A DNA stretch of 64,000 bases from an uncultured cyanobacterium (GCA_963710605.1 CAVQBA010000004.1:1120001-1184000); one strand, 5' to 3'. Shown: positions 10,808 through 22,404, counted from the stretch's first letter. Numbers and translations are program-made. Notes: generated from the letters alone by a model not told the origin.

Positions 10808-12063
10808 TTGAGTCGTAGCTATTTATTTACCTCAGAATCAGTAACTGAAGGACATCCAGACAAAATCTGTGATCAAATTTCAGATACTATTCTCGACGCT
10901 TTATTAACCGAAGACTCCACTAGTAGAGTGGCGGCGGAAGTAGTTGTAAATACTGGTTTAGTGTTGATTACGGGGGAAATATCATCAAAAGCCAAGATTA
11001 ATTATATTGATTTAGCGAGAAAAAAAATCGCTGATATTGGTTACACTGATAGTGGTAATGGTTTTTCTGCCGCTAGTTGCTCAGTATTAGTTGCATTAGA
11101 TGAACAATCACCAGATATCGCCCAAGGTGTAGATCAAGCCAAAGAACAAAGAGATTTACTTAGCGAAGATGAATTAGACGCTATTGGGGCAGGAGACCAA
11201 GGTATTATGTTTGGTTTTGCCTGTAATGAGACACCTGAACTAATGCCTTTACCGATTAGTTTGGCTCATCGCTTGTCTCGCCGTTTGAGTGCGGTGAGAA
11301 AATCAGGAGAATTACCTTATTTAGGGCCAGATGGTAAAACTCAAGTAACGATCGCTTATGAAGATGATCAACCTGTAGGTATTGATACGATTTTGATTTC
11401 AACACAACATAGCGAAACGATCGGGGATATTACTGATAACGAGCAAATACAAGCTCTACTCAAAGAAAAAATCCAAGAGTTAGTGATTGATAATGTTTTT
11501 CAAGACGAACCAATTAAACCAACACAAAAAACTCGTTTTTTATTAAATCCTACAGGTAAATTTGTTATTGGTGGGCTCAAGGAGATTCTGGTTTAACTGG
11601 ACGCAAAATAATTATCGATACCTATGGCGGTTATTCTCGTCATGGTGGTGGTGCATTCTCGGGCAAAGATCCCACTAAAGTCGATCGTAGTGGCTCTTAT
11701 GCCTGTCGTTATGTAGCTAAAAATATAGTTGCCGCTGGTTTAGCGACTAAATGTGAAGTACAGCTTAGTTATGCTATTGGTGTTGCTCAGCCTGTAAGTA
11801 TTTTGATTGAAACATTTGGTACTGCAACTATTAGTGAAGATAATTTACTTAATTTAGTTAAAAATAATTTTGATTTACGTCCTGCCGGTATTATTCAAAT
11901 GCTTGGATTATCATCTTTACCTGCTCAACGAAATGGACGTTTTTATCAGGATGTTGCCGCTTACGGACATTTTGGTAGAACTGATTTAGACTTGCCTTGG
12001 GAACGTACAGATAAGGTTGATTTACTTAAAAATGAGGCTCAACAAACTTTAGCGACTGTTTAA
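10808..12063 (+). CDS. metK: S-adenosylmethionine synthetase, split by an apparent 1-bp deletion at ~11576 (likely sequence error)
   Basis: [13 protein letters not shown] and GAGDQG; ggtgggctcaaggagattctggtttaact needs one C to read [13 protein letters not shown]; downstream frame gives [10 protein letters not shown] and AAYGHFGR. Confidence 0.93.
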
Positions 12064-12573
12064 GTGTAAAAGTTATTAATAATTTTGGATGTGCTTTTGA
12101 GAACAAAAAAAAGAAGCGATTGTCACTTTAAAAATTTAATTTATAGTGATTAACTATAACTACTCTTACAGCTTATAGCTTATAGCTTATAGCAAGAGTG
12201 GTTATAAGGTAAAAAAGTGAGAAAATTTTCCTTACTTAAATTATAGGCTTGTAGTAAGGGCTTTAGCCCTTGTATTCATGAATTATGAGAGTGCTTTTTC
12301 TATTTTAGTCAACTATCGTACTTAACCCGCCTTGAACTATCGTGCAAGGCTAATAGAATTCGTTCATTGTCATGAACTTTTAAATACAACTTAAAAGTTT
12401 GATTTATTATGGTTATTTCAATTGAGTTATAAATCAAAGTAAAATATAGTAGTAAAAGAGTTGTTTTGAACATTTGAATGCAGTTTCCCCTCCTTTGAAG
12501 GAGGAGGGGCTGTCATCTGAATTTATTTCAGATGCTTGTAAGCCCCGTGGGTTAGGGGTGGTAGAGGATATGT

Positions 12574-14710
12574 TCACCGTTCGATCGTTAAACCCCATCC
12601 ACGTAATACTTCCGCTACGCTCCAAGCCTGAGCAAAACAACCTCTGGGAATAAAAGGAGTATCTCCATCAAAAATTTCGCTAATACTTCCAATACAACCA
12701 TCTGTTAAATGATTCTCGATCGGTAAAAGAAAACTACGAGCTAACTCAGGATTTTTATATACTTGTAAATGAGCTTGAACAAAATGACCGATTAACCAAC
12801 TCCAAGTAGTACCTTGGTGATAACTGACATCCCGTTGTAATCGATTTCCGCCATAAATTCCGATATAGTTAGGATTATCGACATCAAGCGATCGCAATCC
12901 ATAAGAAGTTAATAATTTTTGTCCGACTCGATCGACGATCGTTTTCTGTTGTAATGGTTCTAAAAGCGAATCATATTTATCTAAATTCAAGCAAGGTAAA
13001 GAAACAGCAAAAATTTGATTGGGACGAAAACTAGAGTCATTACCATCAGGAGAATCAATTACATCGTAGCAGTAACCCCCTGCTTGATACCAAAACCGAG
13101 AGAAATTCGATCGTGTTTTATTTGCCATTTGCTGATATTTAGTTGCAGACTTACCTAAAACATCGGCAAAATATTGCATACAAACTAAAGCATTGTACCA
13201 AAGTGCATTAATTTCTACAGGTTTACCAATACGAGGTGTAACTACCAAATCTCCAACTTTGGCATCCATCCAAGTCAATTGTACTCCTTCAACACCTGCA
13301 TAAAGTAAACCATCATCATCAATCTGAATGTTATAACGAGTACCTTTAATGTGATGATTAATAATATCGGCTAATAAAGGAAATAATTCGGTAAGAAATT
13401 CTTTATCTTCAGTGGCAACGTAGTAGCTTCGGATTGCTTCAAAATACCAAAGAGTCGCATCTACAGTATTATATTCTGGTACTTCACCTACATCGGGAAA
13501 TACATTGGGTAACATTCCCTTATCTAGATATTTGAGCAAAAGTAGAAAGTATTGTTTTAGCAAGATCGTAACGTCCACAAGATATAGTTAATCCTGGTAA
13601 ACTAATCATCGTATCTCTACCCCAATCGGTAAACCAAGGATAACCTGCAACGATCGTTTTACCTTCAGGGTTACCGGTTAAGGGACGATCGACAATAAAT
13701 TGGTCGGCGGCTAAAACCAAATGTTCGAGCCAGTTAGGTAGATTTGAAAGTTGATTGGTAGTACGAAAAAGATTAATTAATTCTTGCTCTTTTGCTCTTT
13801 TTTTCTCTTGGCTTTTTTCCCCTATCGTTTTTCTTCCCCAACATTTACGAAATTCACTCCCACTCCACCGATCTAAAGTACTAGCAATGATGGTTAAAGA
13901 ATCTCCAGGCTGTAAAATACAATTTCCCGTTGCCGCCAGTAAATTATCTTCAACAGCATTCAAACCCCGATATTCTTCTACTGCTAAAGCAAAATTTCGA
14001 TACCAAGTATTATTGATTTCCCAATTAAAATTATTACCAAACCATTTTGGCGTAATTGCCGAGAGATATAAATCTTTAGCGTCAAGAAAAGCCTTAATTC
14101 TTAAACTATAAATGCCTCCCCCATCTAATTTCTCTTGAGAGGAGAGGGAATCTATTGTTTCTGGTGGGCGAAGAGGAATTGCCGTAGAATCAATAGTATA
14201 TTTTTCCTGTATATTGTTTAGATCGTTACTACCGTGGTGATTGCGATAATTAACTAATGCTTTAAGGGATAAAGTTAAAGGCTGACTACCTCGCTTAAAG
14301 TAATAACGAATATAAGTTGTGTTTTCTCCCTGTTGCATCCAAATACGTTTTTCTAACAGCCCATCAGCAAAGGCAAAATTCCAAACTGGAGTCGTTCCTT
14401 CTAAATGAAAACTTTCTATATTTAGGTATCCTTGAGGTGCGATCGTACCATCAGCCCAATGGTTGGTATAGAGATCGTAATTTTGACCGTCGTAATTAAC
14501 AATCTCATCAAGTTTGGTTAAGAGTAAAGTTCTGGCTACAGGAGGCTCTAATGCACCAATCAGTAAGCCGTGATAGCATCTTGTTAATACACCTGCGATC
14601 GTCCCCGAAGCATAACCACCAATACCATTGGTAACTAACCATTCACGCGATCGAGCTACATCAAAGTTACTACATACTTCTCGTCCAAACTTGAGATTTG
14701 TTGTTTGCAT
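12574..14710 (-). CDS. Amylo-alpha-1,6-glucosidase / glycogen debranching enzyme, split by a +1 frameshift at ~13531
   Basis: EWLVTNGIGGYASGT and AGYPWFTDWGRD in the first ORF; YNTVDATLW, LTWMDA and AQAWSVAE in the second; an extra A interrupts FAQYLDKG. Confidence 0.88.
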
Positions 14711-14909
14711 TTTATCATCGAATCGATCGTTGTCAGTTAAAATTATAGCAACACAAAAATAATTGGTTAAGACGTATTTTCTCTGTGTACAACCCCTCGT
14801 GTTTCTCCCCTTATAAAGAGGAGACTTTAATCGATAAATGCGGAAGTAATTGCCTTACTGCTATATTATTACAAACCAAAGAAAACTTGCAACAGTTTAT
14901 GTTAATAAG

Positions 14910-15005
14910 TCCCCCACTCTCCTACCCCCCTTTTGTAAGGGGGGACTAAGGGAGGATCAAGAAGATGCAAAATAGGCAGAGGGGTCGGGGATTTAGGGGG
15001 ATCTA
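14910..15005. repeat. GC-rich palindromic dispersed repeat (CCCCCTT..AAGGGGGG family) downstream of leuC
   Basis: cccccttttgtaaggggggactaagggaggatc hairpin; the same family occurs in the insert at ~28880-29070. Confidence 0.55.
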
Positions 15006-15027
15006 AATTTAGGGTACTTTTTTAGTC

Positions 15028-16440
15028 TTAATTAACTACAGACAATTCTCTAATATCAGATACCTTACCGTTAATTGCCGCCGCAACCACCATAGCAGGA
15101 CTCATCAATAAAGTACGCCCTTGTGCTGAGCCTTGACGACCTTTAAAGTTACGATTAGAAGAAGATGCACTAATTTGGCTTCCTTGTAACTTATCAGGAT
15201 TCATCGCCAAACACATAGAACAACCAGGCTCTCGCCATTCGAAACCTGCTTCGGTAAAGATGTGATGTAAACCTTCTGCTTCGGCTTGTTTTTTCACTCT
15301 TTCTGAACCCGGCACGATAAAAGCCTTGACATTTTGAGCAACTTGATGTCCTTTAGCAAACTTTGCCGCTTCTCTCAAATCGCTGATTCTGCCATTAGTA
15401 CAACTACCAACAAAGCAAACATCGATCGGTATATCTTTAATTTGAGCACCGGGAGTTAATTGCATATATTCAAAAGCTTGAACGGCAATTTGTTTATCAT
15501 TTTCAGCTAATTTGTCGATAACGGGTAAAGATTCGTTGATACCGATACCTTGTTCTGGTGTAATACCCCATGTAATAGTAGGTTCAATGTCACTGGCATT
15601 GAATGTAACAACATCATCATATTCAGCGGACTCATCGCTACGAATACTTTGCCACCAAGTTACGGCTTTATCCCATGCTTCGCCTTGAGGAGCAAAATCT
15701 CTTCCTTTGAGGTAATCATAAGTGATTTGGTCTGGATTGATATAACCGCATCTTGCCCCACCTTCGATCGACATATTACAAACGGTCATTCTTTCTTCCA
15801 TACTCATCTTGTCAAAGGTTGTACCGCTATATTCATAAGCGTAACCAACACCACCTTTGACTCCTAATTTTCTGATGATATGTAAAATGACATCTTTAGC
15901 ATAAACACCCTCAGGTAAATCGCCATTAACTTCAATTTTTCTGACTTTCAATTTAGCTAAAGAGAGAGTTTGTGAGACTAATACATCTCTTACTTGAGAA
16001 GTACCAATACCAAAAGCGATCGCTCCAAATGCACCATGAGTGGAGGTATGGGAGTCACCACAAGCGATCGTCATCCCCGGTTGAGTTAAACCTTGTTCGG
16101 GGGCAATTACATGGACAATACCTTGATTACCTGAATTGGTATTATAAAATTTGATGCCGTATTCTTGGGTATTATTTTCTAATGCTTGCATCATCTCTTC
16201 TGCTAATGTATCGGCAAAAGGACGAGATTGATCTTCTGTCGGAACGATATGATCTACTGTAGCTACTGTACGTTGAGGATATAATACTTCTAATTTTCGT
16301 TCCCGAATCATCGCAAATGCTTGAGGGCTGGTGACTTCGTGAATCAAATGTAATCCGATAAAAAGTTGAGTTTGTCCTGAAGGTAATGTACCTACTGTAT
16401 GCAAATCCCAGACTTTATCGAATAGTGTTCCTTTACTCAT
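15028..16440 (-). CDS. leuC: 3-isopropylmalate dehydratase large subunit
   Basis: [29 protein letters not shown] and GCSMCLAMN motifs. Confidence 0.97.
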   Translation of the reverse strand: MSKGTLFDKVWDLHTVGTLPSGQTQLFIGLHLIHEVTSPQAFAMIRERKLEVLYPQRTVATVDHIVPTEDQSRPFADTLAEEMMQALENNTQEYGIKFYNTNSGNQGIVHVIAPEQGLTQPGMTIACGDSHTSTHGAFGAIAFGIGTSQVRDVLVSQTLSLAKLKVRKIEVNGDLPEGVYAKDVILHIIRKLGVKGGVGYAYEYSGTTFDKMSMEERMTVCNMSIEGGARCGYINPDQITYDYLKGRDFAPQGEAWDKAVTWWQSIRSDESAEYDDVVTFNASDIEPTITWGITPEQGIGINESLPVIDKLAENDKQIAVQAFEYMQLTPGAQIKDIPIDVCFVGSCTNGRISDLREAAKFAKGHQVAQNVKAFIVPGSERVKKQAEAEGLHHIFTEAGFEWREPGCSMCLAMNPDKLQGSQISASSSNRNFKGRQGSAQGRTLLMSPAMVVAAAINGKVSDIRELSVVN

Positions 16441-16608
16441 ATTATTTCAACTTTAAAAATATAATCTATTATCTCTATCGATCGAGCGATCTTTATTATC
16501 TGTTAGAAACGATGATTTAACCAATTATAATAACAAATTATTAACAATTGACGACGGATATTTAATAGTTGATAATTATTTTTCTTTTAGAATATTTAAA
16601 GCGATAAT

Positions 16609-16860
16609 TTGTCAACATATATTTTTAAAATGCCAAACAACAAGTGGAAATTAGAAGGATACGATACCTTCGATCGTGAATCTTATCCTCTCGTAGGTGA
16701 ATTTGAGACAGAAGCAGATGCAATTACGGCGGCTAAGTCTCGTTTAGCTGATTTAGAGCAAACACAACCATCTTCGTCTAGCGGTGGTCAACAAGATGGA
16801 ATTCAAGATCGAGTTTATGTTATTCGACGAGATCAAACAAGATTTAGAGTTATGCCCTAA
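16609..16860 (+). CDS. Small hypothetical protein (array cargo); real start probably ATG at 16630
   Basis: 83-aa ORF; WKLEGYDTF..GGQQDGIQDRVYV. Confidence 0.6.
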   Translation: MSTYIFKMPNNKWKLEGYDTFDRESYPLVGEFETEADAITAAKSRLADLEQTQPSSSSGGQQDGIQDRVYVIRRDQTRFRVMP

Positions 16861-16924
16861 CTCTGAGGAAAATAAAAATGATAGTAATCAACGACATACA
16901 GTTAGCTAACTTATTGTCTAAAAA

Positions 16925-17428
16925 ATGAGCGTCCTTAGTGATATTCAAAAATGGTATGCTTCAAATTGCGACGGTGAATGGGAACACAGTTACGGTATTT
17001 CGATCGATACTCTTGATAATCCAGGTTGGTCTATTACGGTTAATCTTAAAGATACAAATTTGGAAGACAAAAATTTTGAGCCTTTTAAGAACAGGGTTTC
17101 CGAAGATAGATGGATTTCTTGTTTAGTAAAAGACAATAAGTTTAGGGGTGCAGGAGACGAAACGAAACTTGAGGAAATTTTAAAAGTATTTTTAGATTGG
17201 GCAAAAAACATTAACGAAGATTGGTTAAAATCATCGACTCAGCTTTGTGAGGAAGAATTACAATTTTTAGAAGATGCAGAATTTATAAATTTACTTGGCG
17301 AAGAGATTGGTACGGAGCTTTGTAAAAGTGAAGGTTGTATACGTAAACGAATAGAGAATAGTGTAATGTGTCGCCGTCATCATTTTGAAATGGTTAAGGA
17401 GCGTTCATTTCCCGATAGTATCAGCTAA
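16925..17428 (+). CDS. Immunity protein 53 (Imm53) family with a Cys/His-rich C-terminal extension
   Basis: QKWYASNCDGEWEHSYGISIDTLDNPGW is the characteristic Imm53 motif. Confidence 0.8.
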   Translation: MSVLSDIQKWYASNCDGEWEHSYGISIDTLDNPGWSITVNLKDTNLEDKNFEPFKNRVSEDRWISCLVKDNKFRGAGDETKLEEILKVFLDWAKNINEDWLKSSTQLCEEELQFLEDAEFINLLGEEIGTELCKSEGCIRKRIENSVMCRRHHFEMVKERSFPDSIS

Positions 17429-17510
17429 CAAGTTAATAGAGGGACTAACAAAACAGCTACTTTGTCAATTTTTAAGATTTACTATGAATGCTTACCTCAA
17501 CTATTATTTA

Positions 17511-17615
17511 TTAGTAATTCATTAACTTTTCAACGATCGACCACACTTTAATTAAATGACTTTGTTGCAAACCATTAATCCTCTATAAATATTTAAACTC
17601 TACAACAATCAATCG
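17511..17615 (-). repeat. Displaced copy A of the 3' end of the GT gene at 26031-28613 (most diverged)
   Basis: Minus strand reads VVEFKYL*RINGLQQSHLIKVWSIVEKLMNY* versus the gene's VVEFKYLEGISALLQGHLVKVWSIGQKLINNS*. Confidence 0.85.
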
Positions 17616-17741
17616 CTCCAATTATATTGACAAAATGTTAGTTATAAAGAGAAGAAGACGGGGTAAATATAATCCAACAAGTGAGATAAAATTAAGCATA
17701 ATGTAAATAAGTATATATCGAACAAATGTCGATCTAGATTC

Positions 17742-18848
17742 ATGAGAGTTGTTCTTACTCAATTTTGCGGTCAAAGAATTTTAAGGTACTGTATTTTGAT
17801 TCGTATAGAAGCTAGTAATGTTTGTACTCAAATTTGGACATTATCTACTTTCGATCCTTACAGAGAAATCTATATTTGGCTGGGAAAAATTCGGGATTCT
17901 CAGCTACCTGCAAGAATGATAATTGATGAGGAAGGTAGAGGAGTAGAACTTTTTGCCGAGAGAATAAACAGTGAATTAGTCAACTTTTATATAAAGCCAT
18001 GGGCTTCTAATAATAACGATCGGACACATCTGAATACTACGCTTAAAAGCGATGAATTAGTAAGTGCTTTTTGCAACGGAATTCTTGAGTTTCTAGGAAA
18101 TAATTACTGTTTACCAGAGTGGTCTAATATTGATAATCTTAGCAACTTGAACTGGAGAGCATTACTTCAGCCTAGAAATCATGCCGATCGCAAATGGGAA
18201 ACACGACTGGCTATTTATCAAGGAAAATATCGTAAAATTCCGAATTCTGAGCGTAAATGTCTGGAGAAATCTTTAACGATAGATCGGCAATGGCTAATTG
18301 TTCTATACTATGCTCTTGAGAAAGTTGCTTTGCTTGGATGTTCTGGGCAGACATACGAATCCTATGGATTTATGAGCCTTTATCAAAATCTTCTTGTGGA
18401 TCTTATTTTAAACGAAATAGATTCAGATTGGTACGAAGAACGAGAGACGGAAATTGAACAAGGGTTTACAGATCTTGTTAAAATATTTAATCGTAGTCGA
18501 AATCCTGAACGCATACGTCTTGAAATTCAGGCTAGGTTATCAACTTTAAAGTTAGGTCAACTTGTTGATGGTAGAGTTTGTCAAATAAAGCCATACGGTG
18601 TATTTGTTGATATCGGAGGACTCCGTGCATTGTTAAGTACCTCTACAATTTCTCAATTGCCGATCGAATCGCCAGATCTGGTTTTTCAAAATGGTGACTG
18701 GGTTAGAGCAATAATTGTATGGATGGATATTGAAAAAAGAAGAGTATTACTTTCAACAAGTGATTTAGAGCCAGAACAAGGTGATATGTTGTGCAATCCC
18801 TTACACGTTTATCAAAGAGCAGAAGAAATGGCAAATAGATATAATTAA
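17742..18848 (+). CDS. S1 RNA-binding domain protein with an unknown N-terminal domain
   Basis: C-terminus GQLVDGRVCQIKPYGVFVDIGG..RRVLLST..LEPEQGDML..AEEMA resembles the last S1 repeat and tail of cyanobacterial Rps1. Confidence 0.75.
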   Translation: MRVVLTQFCGQRILRYCILIRIEASNVCTQIWTLSTFDPYREIYIWLGKIRDSQLPARMIIDEEGRGVELFAERINSELVNFYIKPWASNNNDRTHLNTTLKSDELVSAFCNGILEFLGNNYCLPEWSNIDNLSNLNWRALLQPRNHADRKWETRLAIYQGKYRKIPNSERKCLEKSLTIDRQWLIVLYYALEKVALLGCSGQTYESYGFMSLYQNLLVDLILNEIDSDWYEERETEIEQGFTDLVKIFNRSRNPERIRLEIQARLSTLKLGQLVDGRVCQIKPYGVFVDIGGLRALLSTSTISQLPIESPDLVFQNGDWVRAIIVWMDIEKRRVLLSTSDLEPEQGDMLCNPLHVYQRAEEMANRYN

Positions 18849-18943
18849 AATGTACTATCAAGGTTATCAAACAAATAAAGTACGATCGAGTTAAAAACAT
18901 TTGTTGGAAAGTAGTTACAATAAATAAAGTATGTTTTGATAAT

Positions 18944-19177
18944 TTGAGTGAGGTAAGCATGAGTGAGTTACTAGAACGTGCAATTGCTAAGTTGCAAAAC
19001 TTGCCTGAAAGTGAGCAGAACGCCATCGCTTCGATCGTTCTGGAGGAAATTGAAGATGAACGGCGTTGGGATGAGTCATTTTCCAGTTCCCCTGATATTC
19101 TTGCTAAACTCGCCGCTTCGGCAATGGTTGAATATCACGCTGGTGAAACCCAAGAACTTGACTCAGAAAAACTGTGA
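18944..19177 (+). CDS. Putative antitoxin (start probably ATG at 18959)
   Basis: Small acidic protein MSELLERAIAKL..EDERRWDESF whose stop overlaps the downstream toxin start (GTGA). Confidence 0.65.
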   Translation: MSEVSMSELLERAIAKLQNLPESEQNAIASIVLEEIEDERRWDESFSSSPDILAKLAASAMVEYHAGETQELDSEKL

Positions 19178-19443
19178 ACTCACGTACTACTGCCCAATTT
19201 CGTAAATTGTTTGCTGATTTACCCAAACAAGCTCAACAGCAAGCCCGTACCGCTTATAGTCAGTTCCAGAAAGATCCTAGCTATCCAAGCCTGCGTTTTA
19301 AAAAAGTTCATCCAGAACTTCCAATCTTTTCTGCTCGCATTAGTAAAAATTACCGAGCGGTTGGTCAGTTAGAGGTAGATACAATGATTTGGTTTTGGAT
19401 TGGTTCGCACGCTGAATACGACAGTTTGTTAAAGCAAATGTAG
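19174..19443 (+). CDS. RelE/ParE-like type II toxin
   Basis: FRKLFADLP..DPSYPSLRFKKV..SARISKNYRA..WFWIGSHAEYD. Confidence 0.75.
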   Translation: MNSRTTAQFRKLFADLPKQAQQQARTAYSQFQKDPSYPSLRFKKVHPELPIFSARISKNYRAVGQLEVDTMIWFWIGSHAEYDSLLKQM

Positions 19444-19459
19444 AAATCCAGCATCATAA

Positions 19460-19697
19460 TTAATTATTCATTAACTTCTGACCGATCGACCATACTTTAA
19501 CCAAATGACCTTGTAACAAAGCCTAATACCCGCAAATATTTAAACCCTACGATATCTGAATCGAGTTTTAAGGTAGTTTGTAAAGCTTTTTCACCTTTTT
19601 CGCTCAAACCAATCATAAAGATCAAGAAAGCTCAAATAAGCGTGATTATAGGCATTGTTTGGATATAAACTAACTAGTTTTTTAGCAGTAGCGATCG
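19460..19697 (-). repeat. Displaced copy B of the GT gene 3' end (stop codon to CGATCG site), with small indels
   Basis: Aligns to ~26034-26272 over ~238 bp; similarity ends at GCGATCG 19691-19697. Confidence 0.95.
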
Positions 19698-19754
19698 ATC
19701 GATTTTTTGTTGTCTAGTCAAGTAAATTTATCAATACATATTTTTAGGATAGTT

Positions 19755-20897
19755 TTAAGCGTCTTGGTCAGTAGGTTTTGGTAGATCGAAGTAAAAAGTA
19801 CTACCTCGACCCAAATCCGACTCAACACCAAGTTTTCCATCATGTTGTTCGACAATTCGCTGACATAATGCTAACCCGATACCGCTACCTTCGGCTCGTT
19901 GTTCGCCCCCTCGGACAAATAGTTGAAAAATTTTCTCTTGCTCTTCAGGCAAAATACCAGGGCCATTATCTGTAAGCCGAACTAGATAGCGATCGTTTTT
20001 TAATTCACAATAAACCATAACAACAGGCGTTGACGTTTGATTATGAACGATGGCGTTTTTAATCAAATTACTCACCAGATTTTCTAATAGTTTAGCATTA
20101 CCTTTTACTATAGGAAGGTTACTCCAATCGATCGAGGCTTGATGGGTATCGATCGTATTTTGCAATCCATTTACCGCTTGCTCGACGACAAGATTCAGAT
20201 CGACAGGTTCAAATTTAAGATTGCGTCGGGATTTAAGTTTGCCATATTCTAATAAGGCGTTTAGCGTTTGGTTCATTTTACGAGAAGTCTGCAAGCCCAT
20301 TTGCACGATTTTTTGGTTACGGCTTTCTAGTTCGCTTTCTTGGAGTAAATCTAAACTAACTGTGACCACGTTAAGCGGGTTACGTAGTTCGTGAGCCACC
20401 GTATGGCTAAAATTTTCTAGCTCTCGATTGCTTTCGTGAAGCCTTTCGAGTGTATCTCGCAGTTGAAACTGACGCTGACGATTGCTCAAACAAACTTGTA
20501 CGATGGAAGTAAATTCATGACGCTGGAGCGGTGTTTCTAACAGGGTGACGCCGCGTTGATGTCGGGCAGATTGTAACATCGTCATACAGGTAGAAAAATG
20601 GCGACAATTTTTGAGTAAAAAAATTAGAGGAATATCAGACCAATCAGGCTGTTTGTTCAAGCACTCCGCTAGTCGATCGAAATTATTGTCGATCGCAAGC
20701 ACTTCTTCGGTAATAATTACCAAGCTGACTTCTGCACGAATAGCAGTTATTACCGTCTCGATCGAATCCGTAGCCATACAGTCTATTTCTTCAATTTCAA
20801 GCAGTTGTCTTACCGCCTTAGCATTGTGAGCCAACTTAGTTGAAATCACAACAGTATCCGCAGAAAGTTGGGAAGAATCGTTAAATTTAGAGATCAT
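19755..20897 (-). CDS. Sensor histidine kinase with a degenerate N-terminal receiver-like domain
   Basis: H-box AHELRNPL, N-box NLIKNA, DNGPGI and GSGIGL; N-terminal EE..QPDWSDIPLIFL. Confidence 0.9.
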   Translation of the reverse strand: MISKFNDSSQLSADTVVISTKLAHNAKAVRQLLEIEEIDCMATDSIETVITAIRAEVSLVIITEEVLAIDNNFDRLAECLNKQPDWSDIPLIFLLKNCRHFSTCMTMLQSARHQRGVTLLETPLQRHEFTSIVQVCLSNRQRQFQLRDTLERLHESNRELENFSHTVAHELRNPLNVVTVSLDLLQESELESRNQKIVQMGLQTSRKMNQTLNALLEYGKLKSRRNLKFEPVDLNLVVEQAVNGLQNTIDTHQASIDWSNLPIVKGNAKLLENLVSNLIKNAIVHNQTSTPVVMVYCELKNDRYLVRLTDNGPGILPEEQEKIFQLFVRGGEQRAEGSGIGLALCQRIVEQHDGKLGVESDLGRGSTFYFDLPKPTDQDA

Positions 20898-22404
20898 TTT
20901 CTATCAATTTTGTCGGTTCGCCAATATATTTAGGAATACCAGAAAGTATGCCCGAAAATTGTTCGAGGGGATCGCCAATATGGATGCCATTCGCATCGAA
21001 CCTAATTTCGCGAATCCCCTTTTCGTGAGCACCGTAGCGTTTTTTGTACACCCCGATCGCTTTATGTATAGCTCCTTTAGCTTCAAAATGCCGTAGTAAC
21101 AATACAGAATCAGCTAAGTAACTAATATCAACACTCCCCTCTAATCGATCGCCAATCACCCCGTGTTGTGCCACCACTAACAGAGTCAAGACATTTTGCC
21201 GATTGAGCATAATTAACAGATCGTGCATTAGGGTGACGAGCTTTTCGTTGCTTGGCATAGAATTAGCGTAGCCCGTCAAGCTATCAATTAAAACAATCTT
21301 AGCTCCCCATTCTTTTACATCCTCATTGATTTGAGCCCTAAATTTACCTGGGTTGCTGTTACTTAAGCCTAATTCACGAATCCGAATTTGGTCTGGATAA
21401 TCCTGCGGATTTAAGCCAATATCAAGTCCTTCAGATCGTTTGAGGAAAGTACTTGCAAGTTCATCAAACAGAAAAACACTAGCTTTTCCACCTTGACTGA
21501 TGAAGTTATGAATAAACAAACTAGCAAGAGTCGTTTTCCCCGTACCAGAAGGCCCAATTAATAAAGATGAAGTTCCCGTAAGTAGATAGCCGCCAATAAG
21601 TTTATCAAAAGAATCGATACCGCTTGACATGGGCTGATAAGATTCTTTATCATCATTAGGAGTCTGAGAAATTAGATGAGGAGCTTGATGCTGAATATGA
21701 TAAATGTTCATACCTTGGCTGGTAATTTCCATATCGTGAATTCCTGACTGAAAATTACTGCCTCGGAGTTTGGATACTTGCAGATACCGGTAATCTTGAC
21801 TGTAAGTAGTCGTCACTCTCGACAGGTTAATTACACCGTGGGCGATGGAAACTAGTTCGCAATCGCCAGGAGCCAGCTTTTGGTCGTCTGTCAACATGAT
21901 GGTGATGTTACGATTGTGCATATAGTCCCGCAGTAATAGTAAATTACGTCGATAAACTAACTTATCATTAGCTAACATCCGTAAATAGGCAATACTGTCA
22001 AATATTACACGTCGGGGCTTTACCGCTTCGATGACTTCTATAAATTGAGTCATTGTTGTTTCTAACTCAAGATCGGAGGTATCGAAAATGGTCTGCTGTT
22101 GTTCTGTTGCTTCTAGTGCTTGTAACTTACCAAATTCTTCAAAAACGATACCATCAGGATCGATACCCACCGAAGTGGCTGTCTGTTTTATGCTTTGTAC
22201 CCTTTGAGATAAGGCAATGCACAATACTTTTTCATCTGCCTCTACTCCCGATCGTAAAAAATGTAATCCCAGAATTGTTTTTCCTGTTCCCGGCTCACCA
22301 TTGACAACATAAATTTCTCCTTCAGGAAGACCGCCACAAATTATGTCATCAAGGGAGGCAATCCCTGTAGAAATTCTTACTAAAGAGCTAGAGGCATCTT
22401 TCAT
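20887..22404 (-). CDS. KaiC-like double-domain RecA-superfamily ATPase
   Basis: Two Walker A motifs GEPGTGKT and GPSGTGKT; STGIASLD, KLRGS and SYLAD..KKR; overlaps the histidine kinase start. Confidence 0.88.
   Translation of the reverse strand: MKDASSSLVRISTGIASLDDIICGGLPEGEIYVVNGEPGTGKTILGLHFLRSGVEADEKVLCIALSQRVQSIKQTATSVGIDPDGIVFEEFGKLQALEATEQQQTIFDTSDLELETTMTQFIEVIEAVKPRRVIFDSIAYLRMLANDKLVYRRNLLLLRDYMHNRNITIMLTDDQKLAPGDCELVSIAHGVINLSRVTTTYSQDYRYLQVSKLRGSNFQSGIHDMEITSQGMNIYHIQHQAPHLISQTPNDDKESYQPMSSGIDSFDKLIGGYLLTGTSSLLIGPSGTGKTTLASLFIHNFISQGGKASVFLFDELASTFLKRSEGLDIGLNPQDYPDQIRIRELGLSNSNPGKFRAQINEDVKEWGAKIVLIDSLTGYANSMPSNEKLVTLMHDLLIMLNRQNVLTLLVVAQHGVIGDRLEGSVDISYLADSVLLLRHFEAKGAIHKAIGVYKKRYGAHEKGIREIRFDANGIHIGDPLEQFSGILSGIPKYIGEPTKLIENDL

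Noticed and set aside
11560-11600. Programmed frameshift in metK
   Set aside because: No slippery run or stimulator is evident; a single missing C in a conserved motif is more simply a sequence error
20887-22404. Bona fide circadian kaiC
   Set aside because: No kaiA or kaiB adjacent; it has SYLAD where clock KaiC has the ST phosphosites, and it is coupled to a histidine kinase
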